Of a stretch of DNA of 64,000 nucleotides, positions 43,837 through 57,645 are shown in pieces. Source of the stretch: Eledone cirrhosa. Lineage: Eukaryota. The notes beneath the pieces were generated by a model, which searched no databases, was not told the origin of the DNA, and was given only the letters and a program-made list of their open reading frames with translations. The stretch spans positions 129,208,001 to 129,272,000 of the forward strand of contig OZ024740.1 of assembly GCA_964016885.1 (NCBI GenBank). Reading direction: 5' to 3'. Positions within the stretch are counted from its first letter, which is position 1, and every line of letters begins with the position of its first letter. The translations under genes were made by a program, and so were the position numbers.

Positions 43837-46130
43837 CCATATTATAAGGGCTGTGGCTTCCCAAATTTAATATGCGCGGAAACCATCCAAGTTTTGTTTG
43901 CCAAGGTACAACTATTAAAGTCACTACATAAAAACACGACTTTCTGGAAAGACTGGCATTACAAATCATACCTCAATTTCGGACCTTCGTACGATCTAGG
44001 AGCTTAAGACTATATTTCCAACATCCATTGTGCATATCCGCACCGGCCCATACACCATTAGCCCAACACAGTACATTTACACACACTTATGCTTTTATAC
44101 CGGCAGATACACTCATGGGTCGACACATAACTGTTGCATACATGAGCACGACTCCACATAAATTACACCAGTAGCCCCAACAAGACTACGCCTGGTGCCA
44201 GTACCCAGAAAGAACGTAACATATATATCGCTTACCTGCCCGTACGGATCCATGTTTAAATACACATACTATCGCTCGACTCCACAAATTAACTCTACAT
44301 GTCTCCAATATATATGTAGGTCAATGTGCACCAATTAAAGTCGCACATTCAACCCTTAAGACGTACATGTTTACTCCTAACACAGTTCCAACAGCGACAT
44401 AAAAACAATAATCATCCAGCCCCACCAGTACAGAACTGTCGATATCTAATTGCACACGGGCATCCATAGCAACACATAGGTACTCTAAACAAACGTAGGC
44501 CCATTACATTGTATAATAAATTAACAAATTAATTATAATTACGAACACTAATTCTCTCTTTCGCTACAAATACCAACAATATCATCACCACCACCCACAA
44601 ACAACCGCTCACACGCACACGTCAGTATGAAGGCAAAAACACACATTCAAGCATAATACGTACCATATATTCGTACATGCGCACCCACATCACCTACACC
44701 ATTACATTTTGACTGTATAGTATAGAACTCATCTAAATACAAATATAAATATATAAAAATATATTTATCTGCCTGCAATTTAAAGTATTTTAAGTGTTTT
44801 GCACAAATATCTGTAACAGTTACAACAATAAATCTAATTAAACATACACTTCTGAATACATATGTACCCAGAACAATATTGGGCCTACAATATTGCAGAA
44901 CAAATAAGTAACAATTTCAACACCACATACGCACATTTGTAGGTCAGCAAAGCCCTTCATACATACCCTTATAATAATTGCCATATGCACACTTTCGCAC
45001 CCAACACTTTCTCCACACATACGCATTAGAAACCATCTAATTGAAATATGTTTTCATTTAATTAAAACTATAATTCTGCCCGTAATTTATGGTGATATAG
45101 TGTTAACATAGCTAGTAGTACTCCATTCAAGAAAATGAACACGAAGTAACACACTGACGCGAAATTACAACAACAACAATGTTAAAATTAAGTGACCAGT
45201 CATCTTTGAAGCTAACTAAAAATAGGTTCTTTGTTGACATATTTATTACGTCAAATTTTGACAGCGTTTTGATTGATCACTGTTATCTGCTTCTGGTCGT
45301 GGCGTCAAATCTATGACTCTGCTGTCTGTAAATCATGAACACCTTGCCTGATGGTAGACATACATGCACACACATCCTCATAAACCTTCGATAAATATAA
45401 ACTCTAATTAACAATAGTTCTATCTTACCAATACTCACCTGCGTATAACATACAGATACACACGAATACACACATAGATACACACTTACATATCTACACA
45501 CCCACACAAATGACCACTTCTTAGATATATATAAAATATATAAATATATATATATGTGTGTATTTATATATATAATCTATTATATTCTAAATATTTCCTG
45601 CAACATCTTATAATATAAATTTATAATTCTTTCGATGGAAAAGCCAAGCTCCTGGTGATAAGGCCATTTAATACTAAGGCGTGTTGGCTAACAATCTGGA
45701 AGAATATTTATTCAAATATTGAACATATATAAGCAAATAAAAACAGTACTCACTATATAAATACAGTTACATTGAATATTAAAGTGTCTTTTGTATTCAT
45801 GAAAATGGAACAGGAAGGGAAAGCCAAGGACTCTATTGTCACAGAAGAATGGAGAGGGGTAATAGTGAGGGTGATGGGTTATCGGCTTAAGGTCCGCTGG
45901 TATTGAGGCTGCGCCCCGTCGACAATGGCCAGCAGTACCTGCCTCAACTGCCATCCCACCTCAATGGGGCTTCTTCCTCAGACCCGCTGCTGATATTATG
46001 GTACGAAATCAGCCACTGGGTCCCAACTAAATATGATATAGACATATTCTACTACACCAAGTATTGTGTACTTTGTTGAGTAATGGTCTATATACGTTTA
46101 AATAGGTTCTATCATGATATATGTATATAT

Positions 46131-46248
46131 ATAGTGACGAAACATAAGTCAATTGCATGAACTCATAATCCTTTATTTACTGCTATAAATATTTCGATGA
46201 TAGCCATTGAATGGCTATGATATCATCAGGCAGTTAGTCATTTTCTTA
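46131..46248 (-). mobile_element. Single-arm copy of the 36.5-kb element, with hammerhead at 46179-46234
   Basis: Matches 36493-36610. Minus strand reads actgc CTGATGA tatc-atagcca-ttcaa-tggctat-catc GAAA tattta TA gcagt. Confidence 0.85.
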
Positions 46249-46253
46249 CTATT

Positions 46254-46322
<69 letters not shown>

Positions 46323-47254
46323 TATATATATATATATGCGTAGGACTGTGATTGTGTATGTGTACGTGTTTGTATGTGCGTGTCTGTGTATCGAGTGGGA
46401 GAGAAGATGCATTAGTCGGAGCAACAGAAAAAATACCCTGAGTAAGAAAATGGAAAACGAATTCTGTACTGCGCTTAAAATTCTCTTTTGTCAATATGTA
46501 GGTTCTGGCTATGTAATTAAGAAATCATTAGTTTGTTTCTTATTTACGTGGAATTTGTCTTCACTCTAACGCATGACACGACAGACTGAATGAAAAAAAG
46601 GAAAAAGAAAAAAAGGAGTTAGGAGTGCAGTTGTGTATTCAGAAGCTGTTTATATCTCCTCCGGGTGGGATAATGCTGTATGCGTCTACTTGTAATAGTC
46701 GCCACATTGTCTAACTTGATTTGATATCACTAGCCAGAAATTGGAGCTTTTCGCGGAGTCCATCCTTTCGAGAACATTACACAGTTGTGATCTTACTCAA
46801 TATTTGTTTCCTTGTATTTCTACATGACAGCTATCCAAATCATTCATCGAAACTCTTCTTGAATAATTTCGTTTGAACATTATGCGCAACTAAATGTCAA
46901 CGGTTGCGACCATGAATAAGTAATTTGTATTTTTTTATATAACGACAATTTTGCTGAGATATCTAGAAATAATTCATTTGAACCCGCTGTTTCTAGTGTA
47001 TTATATCTTCCATTTGAATAAGTACTGTTCAAATATTTCTAAATCGTTCTGTAAAAAGTTATTTCTGCATACCTAAATAAGATGCTGTGGTATGCTCACT
47101 CTAATATATCCTTGATTGATTAAAAATATTTTATAGCTTATTTAAAGATATTTAACATGTATTTCTTTAAAATTATCAAATGTCAACACTTCTGGTTAGC
47201 GGCCGTTATATTATAACACTAATGGGATTGATGAGTTAATATCTGTATACAACA

Positions 47255-48014
47255 ACTACAACGGTACGCGTTGGGGGCCACCCACAGCCTAGGCGGACAG
47301 AATGGATAAGGCGTTTCCCCGGAGGACGGCAAAGGAGACGCGCTGGAAAAGCCACTCCAACTCGTGGGGCTCACACTTGCGGCTGGCCAGCTCAGCGCCT
47401 ATGGTGGTAAGTAAGGAGGTATCCCTGGGACGAGGACTCCAGAAGTCTCCACTGCCAGGGGTACGACCGCAAACCTGTCGGAGAGCGACCGGTATTTGAG
47501 GAGCCCGACGTGCAGGAGAACCTGTGTCAGTCACGCGACTACACCAGGTTGCGGCTGCAGAAAGTGTCGGTACAAGTGGCATCCCCGACGAGGGGTTTGT
47601 ACACTGTGGAACGGGAAGATTGTCATGCCATCTGGTCTTTTGCCGTCCCCGCGATCCAGCCCCAACGGCTCGAGCTGGGAAGGGAAGTCTGCAGCGTCCG
47701 AGCCATGCTTAATGACCTCGTTGAAGGCAGCATGGCGTGGAATGCGGCCGGCACTCTGGAGACAGGAAAGTGGGTGGAGGCCGAAAGAGTCCACGGTGGA
47801 ACCGCAGCGACATTGGTGTAGCCGGAATATCCGGAGGCCGAGCCTCAGGGAAACGCCGATGCGCAGGCTATGGTTATCTAGCTGCGTGCCAGTGGAGAAG
47901 GAGGGCCGGGCATGGAGCCAGGCACCACTGTGGGGTTTGGAGGCCGCACGAAAGCAAGCGAGGCAGTGCTGGTCGAGCTGGCGCGTGAGCCTGTCTGAGG
48001 CCAGTTTGCACTGA
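47255..48014 (-). mobile_element. 3' fragment of a CRE-like non-LTR retrotransposon (restriction-like endonuclease end)
   Basis: GAWLHARP, LRLG, CRCG..VD..GLHPLSC, RH, LEPLGLDRGDGKRPDG and terminal FQRVSFAVLRGNA. Forms a GC-rich island. Confidence 0.8.
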
Positions 48015-49211
48015 AGTTTGACAATATAGGTCGTTGTTCTCTTTTTGAAACGTGATGGCGTATGAAGACGGATACTAAATTTACTCGTTGTTATATGTAA
48101 ATACCAGTAGGCACTTATCCAAACAGGTCTGATGTGTACTACATGCTTGTACACATATGATCTCTTGATGAATAGGGAATTTATATCATACGTCAGTCTT
48201 CACTTTTCATTTAATACTAATTAAAATCGAATTTAATTGAAGTTACTGATAACATTCAGAAGGGCATGAAAACTATTCTCTCTTCGGTTGACTCCAATAA
48301 GAATAAAGTCTTCATAATAAATATGCCTGATGCTCTAATAGCGAAAGTTAATGTGCCATAATTGTGCTGATATGATGTAAGTTCCATAAACAGTCACATA
48401 TTCTGTTGAAGGAAATAATCCAATAATACCATATATCCTATGTATATTTTATCAATATATTTACAAAATACAATGATCTATATATTATAGATTCAGTCAG
48501 TAAACTGCGCTCATGCTTTTTGTGGAAACCATTTGCCCAAGATGACAAACAATGGAATTGAACCCAGTTTGTGAAGCCAATTCGCTAACTACTTAGCATA
48601 TCTTAAACATTCTTTTCATGAGAATCTAGTCTTTCGAAAACATTCTGTCAATGAGGCAAGTTTCAAATCATAGTTGAACTAGGTTCTCACATTTCAAGTC
48701 GTATAATTTTAGCAAATCTGATCGAATTGCTATAATGCTAGTGTTCTTAATATTTTGATATCGTGATGTTCATGGTGTAATTGGGTAGTAATTTGATCAG
48801 ACGTGACCTTGACATATCCATTGGGTATCCAATTTTACCGATACCTTTATATACATGCCATTTGAAACCTAACGTTATGGCTTATGTGAAATAGCGTCGC
48901 TATCTCTATCAGCTCAGGTCATTACTTTCGTCGATTTTATGAAACTATTTAACGTAAAGTGATTCGAAAAAATATCCCAGATTTCGGAGTGAATTATTAA
49001 ATTTGTGAGAAATGTGACTACTATAATTAGCATGGCGCCCACACATTTGCCCAACTTGTAACCACTATATTTTGTATATCTCATTCCTTAATATGCAATT
49101 CCCGGGAGGAGAACGAAATACTCATAGCTAGAAATGTAGTTCTTGTGTCTAACAACGAGATTGATAGCTACGCTTTGTGTCACCTATTGAACGCTTTGCA
49201 AACGGTATCAT

Positions 49212-49305
49212 TGTTTCTACTTTTGGCACAGTGTTAACAATTACCAGTACATTACTGGTACTTTATTTTATCGACCCCGTAAGGATGAAAGGCAAAGTTG
49301 ACCTC
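49212..49305 (-). mobile_element. SINE 3' fragment
   Basis: Family tail and core. Confidence 0.75.
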
Positions 49306-50899
49306 ACTGATCATTGAGAACTAATTATATTTGCCAATGACACAGCACAACCGATTTGACTGGATATTAGCTACTTCTCTCGCGATTGCTTGTCTTATGT
49401 CATATCATCTAAGCCATGCATTATCACAATTTTCATAGAGCGAAATAAATTACTCATAGTTTGCTTTAAATAAGAAATATTGGACAATAAATTAATATGT
49501 TCTGTCTACCTCGCAGGAAATCTTAATTAAAGTTGGCGGACAATTATTCATATATCTATTGGCTCGTATCCTACGCCGTATAATATATGTGAAAAAATAT
49601 TGTTTCTAATTTTACTATAGTTTTAATTGAGATTCAAATAATCTCAAATGAAGAACTGATCTACATTCCTCGTTTGGTTTAATATCCATTTGATTTGGTC
49701 TTAGCTATATCAGACATGCAGGTAGCAATACCCCGTCTCATTGAATATATGACAATATTATTACGATGTAATTTTTCTTGGTGAGTCGGAGTTGAGGCCA
49801 TGTTGAAAAGACCTATCAAGAAAGGCATCTCGGCATGATAATTCCGTCTTTTTTAAATAGAAGATAAAAGGGTTCTAATGATAGTGTCAATCCACTGTTA
49901 CAGTTGTTGCAAATGAATTAAGGAGATATAGCAACAATTTCTATCAGTTATAGGAACTTATAGTTACTTGTTTTCTGGTTATTTTCTGAAACGAACACAA
50001 TGATTGTTCTGGGTTCATTATTAATAATGATAATGTAGATATGTATAACGCTGATGATGTGACTCATGTTTAGTATGTTACAAATGAGCTGTAGATAAAT
50101 AATCCCAGAAACCAGGAAGTTGTTCCTGAAAATTAGAGAAAAGTTGAATTTGGAATTATCCCACTTAAATGCAAAGATTATTCTATCGCGAACAGACATT
50201 AACATTTGATAATAACATCGATATAATAAAGAATGTCTATGAATTGCTCCAAATGCAAAAATGTTAATTCAGTTATTGACTTTGCGTTTCCCTTAGCTAA
50301 GTGAATGTCTGCGAGTATAAGTGGTCAAATAATGTCGATAGGAAACGCTCAGCTTCATGAAAATAAAGTGGAATGTTTGCAAAGGAATATATTGAAACAA
50401 CAGTTTGTAATTAATATAAATGTAAGAAATATAAGATATAGTATGTGTATCTACATGTAAGATACATGATATATAATAGGACCGTTACAACGCCAGACAT
50501 TTTTCAGTCATTAGATCACGTCAGCGAAGCTTAGATAAACGTTGTTATGCAATTTTTATGGATATTAATGACGTATATACCCCAACAAATATCAACAATT
50601 TATTTATTCAAAAGACTTACAAAATAGAGAAATACATTTAGAACTATGCTTCTAGATACAGTATATCTGTGCAAAACAGAGGTTGGTCATGTTTGTAGAT
50701 CCTGTACTCACACATTTACTCGACTATTGCTTACAATACCCCGTAAATATATGTAGATATAATTGTTTTAAGTCCTTTTACAAATGCAAAAAGACTCCAA
50801 CTAAAGACTTCGTTTTTTCCCCGTTTATGCCCTTTATATAATGTGAGACATAACTGGTTATAACATTGCTGTCATTTATGTTTGTATGTCAATTGGTGC

Positions 50900-51363
50900 A
50901 AATGTTATTTCAGTAAAAACGTGAATGGAATTAGGTGTAAGTGCCAAAATCTTCAATTCAGTATTCGTGCCGACCTTTACCTATGGTCATACATATTCGG
51001 TAATGACTAAAAGAATATGATTATGAATTCCAGCAGCCGGAACGGGCTTCATCCATGGTTCTATGGCGGTCGGTTACTCGAGAGAGTGCATAGGCCGGAG
51101 ATCAGCGAGTCACTCCAAATAGAGACGTTGTTACTCCGAATTAAGAGATCACAGCTCCAATACCGTAGGTATTTGCTAAGAATGTCTCAATATAAAAACT
51201 ATGAATAGATTATTGGAGCAAACCCGAGGAGGATAGTTGGGTAACGTCCGTGAACTCTAGCCGGATCAATTAGAGACAGTGGCTTGTGACATGACCCGCT
51301 GCAAGGAATGTTTCAAGACTCTGCACCAACGAACTTCTCATGACAAGGTGGACGAGGAAGAAG
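50900..51363 (+). mobile_element. Degenerate RTE (Expander-like) LINE 3' fragment
   Basis: Reads FVPTFTYGH..VMT, IPAA and EISESLQIETLLLRIKRSQL..LLRM. Ends in gaagaagaa. Confidence 0.7.
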
Positions 51364-51541
51364 AATATACATGTAAATATATATTACAGTAAATGTTAGG
51401 TATAAATAAACACGGACAAGGGCACTCAGTCCTTGGGCCGAGTGTAGTGTAAATAATTACGACAGTGAAATAAACTGGTACTTAAGTTGAGTACCTCTTT
51501 ATGAGACTGTTGTAATTATTTACATGTAAATATATATATAA

Positions 51542-51603
<62 letters not shown>

Positions 51604-51836
51604 GTGAGTGTGTCTGTCTGTGTGTCTGTGCGTGTTTGCATGTGATTGTTTGTGTAATGATTCAAGCATTGTAAAAGAAACAATTGAATGTTGGGTAAGT
51701 CGAGGAAGACGTATAAGTCAAGTAAAGAAGAATTACCCATAATTTACTAAGGTAACTATCAGTCATCATTTCCACCGTCTCCCATATTTTGCATGATATC
51801 TTAATACCGCCTCTTCACTTAAACATGTTGCGTTAG

Positions 51837-51873
<37 letters not shown>

Positions 51874-51875
<2 letters not shown>

Positions 51876-52480
51876 CGAAGGACTAATTTTATCATATGTA
51901 ACCCATGTGCAACCACGCAGTATTCTTCTTTCTTCTCATATTTTTTATATATATTTACCTCGGCTGCGTTTGTCTGTTTCTCTCTTACTGCTTCCCCGTT
52001 CTCTCTGTTTCTCTCACCTTCTTTCGCCCCCTCTGTCAATTACACTTTCTCGCGACTGACCTCTTCCTCGCACTTCCACTCACTCACTCTCTGTTTCTCC
52101 CCTTCTCACTTCCTCCCGTTTGGCTAGTAGTGGGTTCTCTTCTTGCTCACATCTCACTCACGTCGGACGGTCTGTATCTTGATCGCTCGTGAAATCCACA
52201 CAGCTTATGCTGACTGGATAACCATGTTGCTTGTTTATTCCCATCTTTGCGTTGCTTTCACCCTTCTATGTTGTTTACTTGTCTCACTCGCTTTACGCGA
52301 TTTACTTGTCCCAATAGCTTTTCTTAGTTATAGCTCGAACCAACCTAAGGTATATGAGTTTTAATGCGATGAAATATCAATGATGGTTGGCAAATCACTG
52401 ACGAAGGACTAATTTTATCATATGTAACCCATGTGCAACCACGCAGTATTCTTCTTTCTTCTCATGTTTTTTTTATATAT
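51874..52480. repeat. Insert between TA tracts with a ~78-bp terminal direct repeat (period ~525 bp)
   Basis: tgacgaaggactaattttatcatatgtaacccatgtgcaaccacgcagtattcttctttcttctcat occurs at 51874 and 52399. Confidence 0.88.
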
Positions 52481-52492
52481 ATATATATATAT

Positions 52493-52682
52493 AACGAAGG
52501 AAATGAGGTAAGGAACCAGGTGGACCATAACGCACCAAAGTACTCAATACTTAGGGTAGTAGAGTGGGTAATAGGAACGAGTAGGACCCCGACGGCTGAG
52601 CTCAAGCCGTTTTGACGGCTAATTCCAGAATTAGCCGTCGAAACGGCTTGAGCTCAGCCGTCGGGGTCCTACTCGTTCCTAT
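52493..52682 (-). mobile_element. Short fold-back element with tail, inserted in (TA)n (copy 2)
   Basis: 55-bp arms 52571-52625 and 52628-52682. The tail 52493-52570 matches 28371-28448 in reverse complement. Confidence 0.85.
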
Positions 52683-53116
52683 ATATATATATATATATAT
52701 ATAAAATGATAGATATTTCGTGAGATATATTGTTAAAATCCGGATATATTACCTTCCTTATCTCCTGCTTTGCTAAGTATCAGCACTTAATATTATTTAA
52801 AAAGCATTCCCTGAAATATAAATATCTGCCTAAGCATGTAATTAAAACATTAATTATCTATCGGTGTACGAAATACAGCGCAGAATTCGCGCAGCTTTTA
52901 AGAATTTTTTACCTGATAATTAATAACAAATGTAGTGATGTAAAATGCAAAAACACCGAAAGCAGTATACAGTCACACACGAACATACATATATTCACAC
53001 ATACATATATTTATATACACATATATATGCATATATATATGATACTGTCAGGTGCTCTGAATCAGTTATAGACATTTATATTTGTTGAATTACCAAGAAA
53101 TTGAATATTCCTTTTG

Positions 53117-53150
<34 letters not shown>

Positions 53151-53179
53151 TATACACACACACACATATATATAGATAC

Positions 53180-53260
<81 letters not shown>

Positions 53261-54957
53261 TGTCTGTGTGCGCGCGTATGTGCGTGTGTGTGCGGGTGTG
53301 TGAGTAAGTTTGGCTGTGAATGTGTGTGTGAAGGTTAATCGGAAACCGCATACCAAACAATACAGTACTTTGACGAAATATGTTAGTTTAAATCTTGATA
53401 TAATAGGGAAAGTGATATAATATTCAACATACTAGTCCTTCAGGAGAATATAGTATAGGAAATATAAGAACACATAGAAAGATAGAGATCGAAAAAAGGA
53501 AGAAACGGAAAAAAAAGTATTTGTAGAGAAACCTGTTCTGTTCAGTCATCGAAGATGCATACCATGGCATTTGAAAGTGATATATCAGACTATGCTGTAG
53601 TTGCTGTCGCTTATTTTTGGTTTTATAAAAACTTATACTAAAACAATTGTCATATTTGTCCTGCAGTCGCTTGAGTCAACGACCACTCAGAACAAAACTA
53701 AACAGTTGTTCGACCAATTTAGTATACCATTCGTTGGATTAAATGGCTGATATATTGCACAGAGCTTTGTAACCTTAATTTAATTTCCACGCTGAAATTG
53801 TGATTTTGGGGAGGGATGGGGGTGATTTATAAACTCTCAGCCATCTATACATGTTCCTCCTTTTAGAAAAGTGGAGAAAAACTTACATTTTATGTTCAAA
53901 TTCCAATTATACGTATTACGTTATTCATCTTTCTTCAGTGACTGATGTAATAAATCGACGTATTCTACTGTGAAATGAGTTAATTGATTGTAAACAAAAA
54001 TAACAATAGAAACGAAACCAAAACAAAACAATAAAACTCATCTTATCTAATCCAATATTAAACATATGTATTGGTATTAACAAACGTATAAATGACATAT
54101 GATAACCGTGCCTAAATGCTGTTCTATATGATGCTACATAACACTAATATAAGTTATATTCATATGATAAGATTGAATAACTAGACTAAACCATTTTCCG
54201 CATTTGATACGAATAAGATATATTATTAATACCATTACTATTACAGGTTTTGGTTTCTTATATAGATAGTGGACCAGAAATGTTGAAAGACGGAAGAAAT
54301 GTACTACATAAACTCCAATAATTGATTAGTACATTGATTTATCGATACCAGAAAGGATGAAAACAGATGATATCATTTTAATCCGAAAGCTGAAATTAAA
54401 TGGACACACAAATAAATAGTAATGTTAAAGAAATACTTTATTAAATATGACCGCATGAAAAATTTAAATAACGCGCTGATGTCGGTATCTATTTTGAATT
54501 ATATGGATTGGTCTAAAACATGAATTAAAGAAAATAATGTTTTCATAGATTTCATCAAACATCAGAGACAATAATAGTTACATTAAAACAATAGCAGGTA
54601 ATGAAATGTGAAGCAATTAATTGGTTGTGCCGTACACATGTTTTCCTTCTCCAGGGTTTACACCCCAAAATTCATTAGACTATTTTTCAGTCAAAAACCG
54701 TTGAAGCATATAGCACACACATTCAAAACTTCCTACCGCACAATGTTTCAAAGAATATATTATATATATATATATATAAAGGTAGAGTGATTGAGAGATT
54801 TGTAGTCGAGTTATCCCCTTAACCTTGACTAAACAAGATGCTGGTAAGCTAAGTGTGCTTTTATGATTATTAGTCATCGTGATTAAATAAATGCAAGATA
54901 AAGCTGAAAGATAGTGGGATAAACGGCATCACTGGACATTAATATGTATCTAAAGAA

Positions 54958-55092
54958 CATAGTTACGTCCCTTTACGATCTGAGTTCAAATCCCACCGAG
55001 GTTGACTTTGCCTTTCATCCTTACGGGGTCGATAAAATAAAGTACCAGTAATGCACTGAAAAATTGCTGGCCTTGTGCCTAAAGTAGAAACA
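54958..55092 (+). mobile_element. 5'-truncated SINE with perfect 20-bp TSD
   Basis: attaatatgtatctaaagaa at 54938-54957 and 55093-55112. Confidence 0.88.
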
Positions 55093-55174
55093 ATTAATAT
55101 GTATCTAAAGAATTACCAAAGTATTTTAGGATTTTAACACATAATTATTTTTCCCCACACCTTTAGATTTAATA

Positions 55175-55450
55175 TTGGTTTCTGATTTAGGCATGCTGTA
55201 AAAAGCTCTAACTATACTAGGAATCCACCACACCATGATAATGTTGATTGATTTAGTCAAACAACCAACGATTTCCTTGGAGGAGAAATTTGAGTAAATG
55301 TATTACAGTGCGTTTCTGATAATTTATTTTATCGACCTCATAAAGATAAAAGGCAAAGCTAAGCTTGGTGGCATTTGAACTCTGAAAGTAAAATGACGTA
55401 ACTATGTGCCACAAAGTATGATGTCTGACGCTCTACGGATACTGCAAATC
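55175..55450 (-). mobile_element. Old diverged SINE copy
   Basis: ttttatcgacctcataaagataaaaggcaaagct...atttgaactc...gacgctctacggatactgc resembles the family. Confidence 0.6.
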
Positions 55451-55906
55451 TACAGTTCTCAGGCACGTATCTATGATGAGAAGCAATCTATAATTGATAA
55501 TTTCGATTACTTAATTAATTGCACTTAAGACATCATAAGCTGTAGAATTAAAATTAATGATCAAATGGTACTTCAGAGTGAAGTATAAAAGATGGGGGAA
55601 AAAATAGAAGTCAATAGGTAAAAATCACAGCGTAATAGGTAATAAAGTCCGGTCATTTTTAAACAAACGGTGTTATGCGGAATTTATTCGGTACTATAAT
55701 TTTTAAAATGACATGAGAATATTTATTGTAAGTAAATGATTTCTATAAAAAATACAATCCCAGCAGACTTCACAAACGAAAGCGAAAAATGGAATATATA
55801 AACATCAACACGAAAGCAGCCATTCCTATACATAAATATATGCACTTACCCACACAACACATAATGACACACACACACACACACGCGCACACGCACACAC
55901 TCATAA

Positions 55907-55974
<68 letters not shown>

Positions 55975-57645
55975 TGTATATATTTACACATATTTTTACA
56001 TACAAACGTACGCATATATATAAATACATATACACATTTATATATCCACATATTAATAATAATACATATACGCTCAACTACACACACATCCATCTCGGCT
56101 TTTATGAAACAAATATATATATAGGAAATATTATTTAGAAGTAAATAAGGGTAGGCGTTCTTAAGTGTAGATAACAATAGCTGATATTAAACCACACTAT
56201 CGTACCAAAAATATGTATATCTAAGGAGAAAGAAGTTTCAGAAGTCCGTATCCAACTACTGTATCCAACTATTAAGATTAAATCTTAATAAAAATTACGA
56301 TGATAATATAAATCAGTATGTAGCTAAGAATGTATGTGTGCGTACGTGTGTATGTGTATGTGTTGTGTGTATATTTCTATATATGGGTCTTTCTATTTAC
56401 CTGTCTAATTTTCTATCTCTTTATATGTTACTTTATAAATGTATTTCTAATCGATCAGGACATACATACCTACAAGGACGAAGGTCAAGTATAATCGATG
56501 ATTCAATAATCTTTATACACACGTGTAATAAAAGAAATATTAAACTAACATTTTACGAAAAAGCAACTGTCATTTAGCCAGGACTCTGCTATATTGTATA
56601 TAGGGTAATGTTAAATAACGCTTCGGTCACGAATGACCACGGGACTTGCAGTTAGATTGTTTCCCTTCAAGGCAAATGTTCGGGCAAAGTTCTTTGTGGA
56701 AGACCAGTAGTCACCCATGCATACCAGCCTCTCTTCTCCATGCCACCAATGCTGTCCAAGGGAAGGGCAATTGAGGATACAGCTTGGCACCTGTGACGCC
56801 AAATCTCATTTCTACAGCTGAGTAATCTCGAGCAACGTGAAATAATGCATGCGTACGTATGTGTGGGAGTTTCGGCTTTGTGTGTGTCACAGTTACATAT
56901 GGGTGTATGTTTGGGCAAACATGTTTCACTTGCGCAAAGTTAGTTCTTGCTCTCTTAAATAATGTCATTTCGGTGCCACCGTAGTAAGAAAATATATTCT
57001 TGTCACGCCATAGCCTGGTGTAAAGAGATTATCAGACTGAACCTTACTATATAAGTAAAGAAAAGCGCACGGAAACATATATGTATACGAGCCTCCACAT
57101 TAGATATGTGTATATATATATAAACGTTTGTGCTGTATCCGTTATACAATGTTATACAATGTTTTACAATACAGATATTAATTTATCCTACAATTCGGCA
57201 GCTAGCGCACTTCTCTCTGAATACCTTGCATAAGTACCAACATGAGTGTTAATTATATGCCACTTATATGGTAATTATATGCTGATTATATGAAAAATGG
57301 ATATTAGCATGTCCATTATAGAAACCTACTAACAGAGAATGGATATATATATATATATATATATACACATCAAATAGATGTTTTCTTGTGGATGTTTGTA
57401 TTATATATACGTCTTCTCTTGAAGGATCAATAAGATCCGAAAATCGATTAAAGATGGTTATCATTTTTGCAATTTATAGGGAAATTCGTATTTTCAAGGC
57501 ATGTGTACATGCCTTCAAATTAGATATATGTATATATGTAAACACATTTGTGCAGTCTCGGTCACACACTGTATTTACTTAGACATAACTTTATCATATA
57601 CTTCTGCTGCTAGCGCACGTCCTACTACCTATCTATCTATCTATC

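Noticed and set aside
48320-48360. Hammerhead-like ctgat gct-ctaat-agc gaaa
   Set aside because: The core lacks the conserved GA and has no convincing stem I or stem III.
56611-56968. Overlapping minus-strand ORFs in a GC-richer patch
   Set aside because: No recognisable protein; it looks like an old interspersed repeat, but the family could not be supported from this window.
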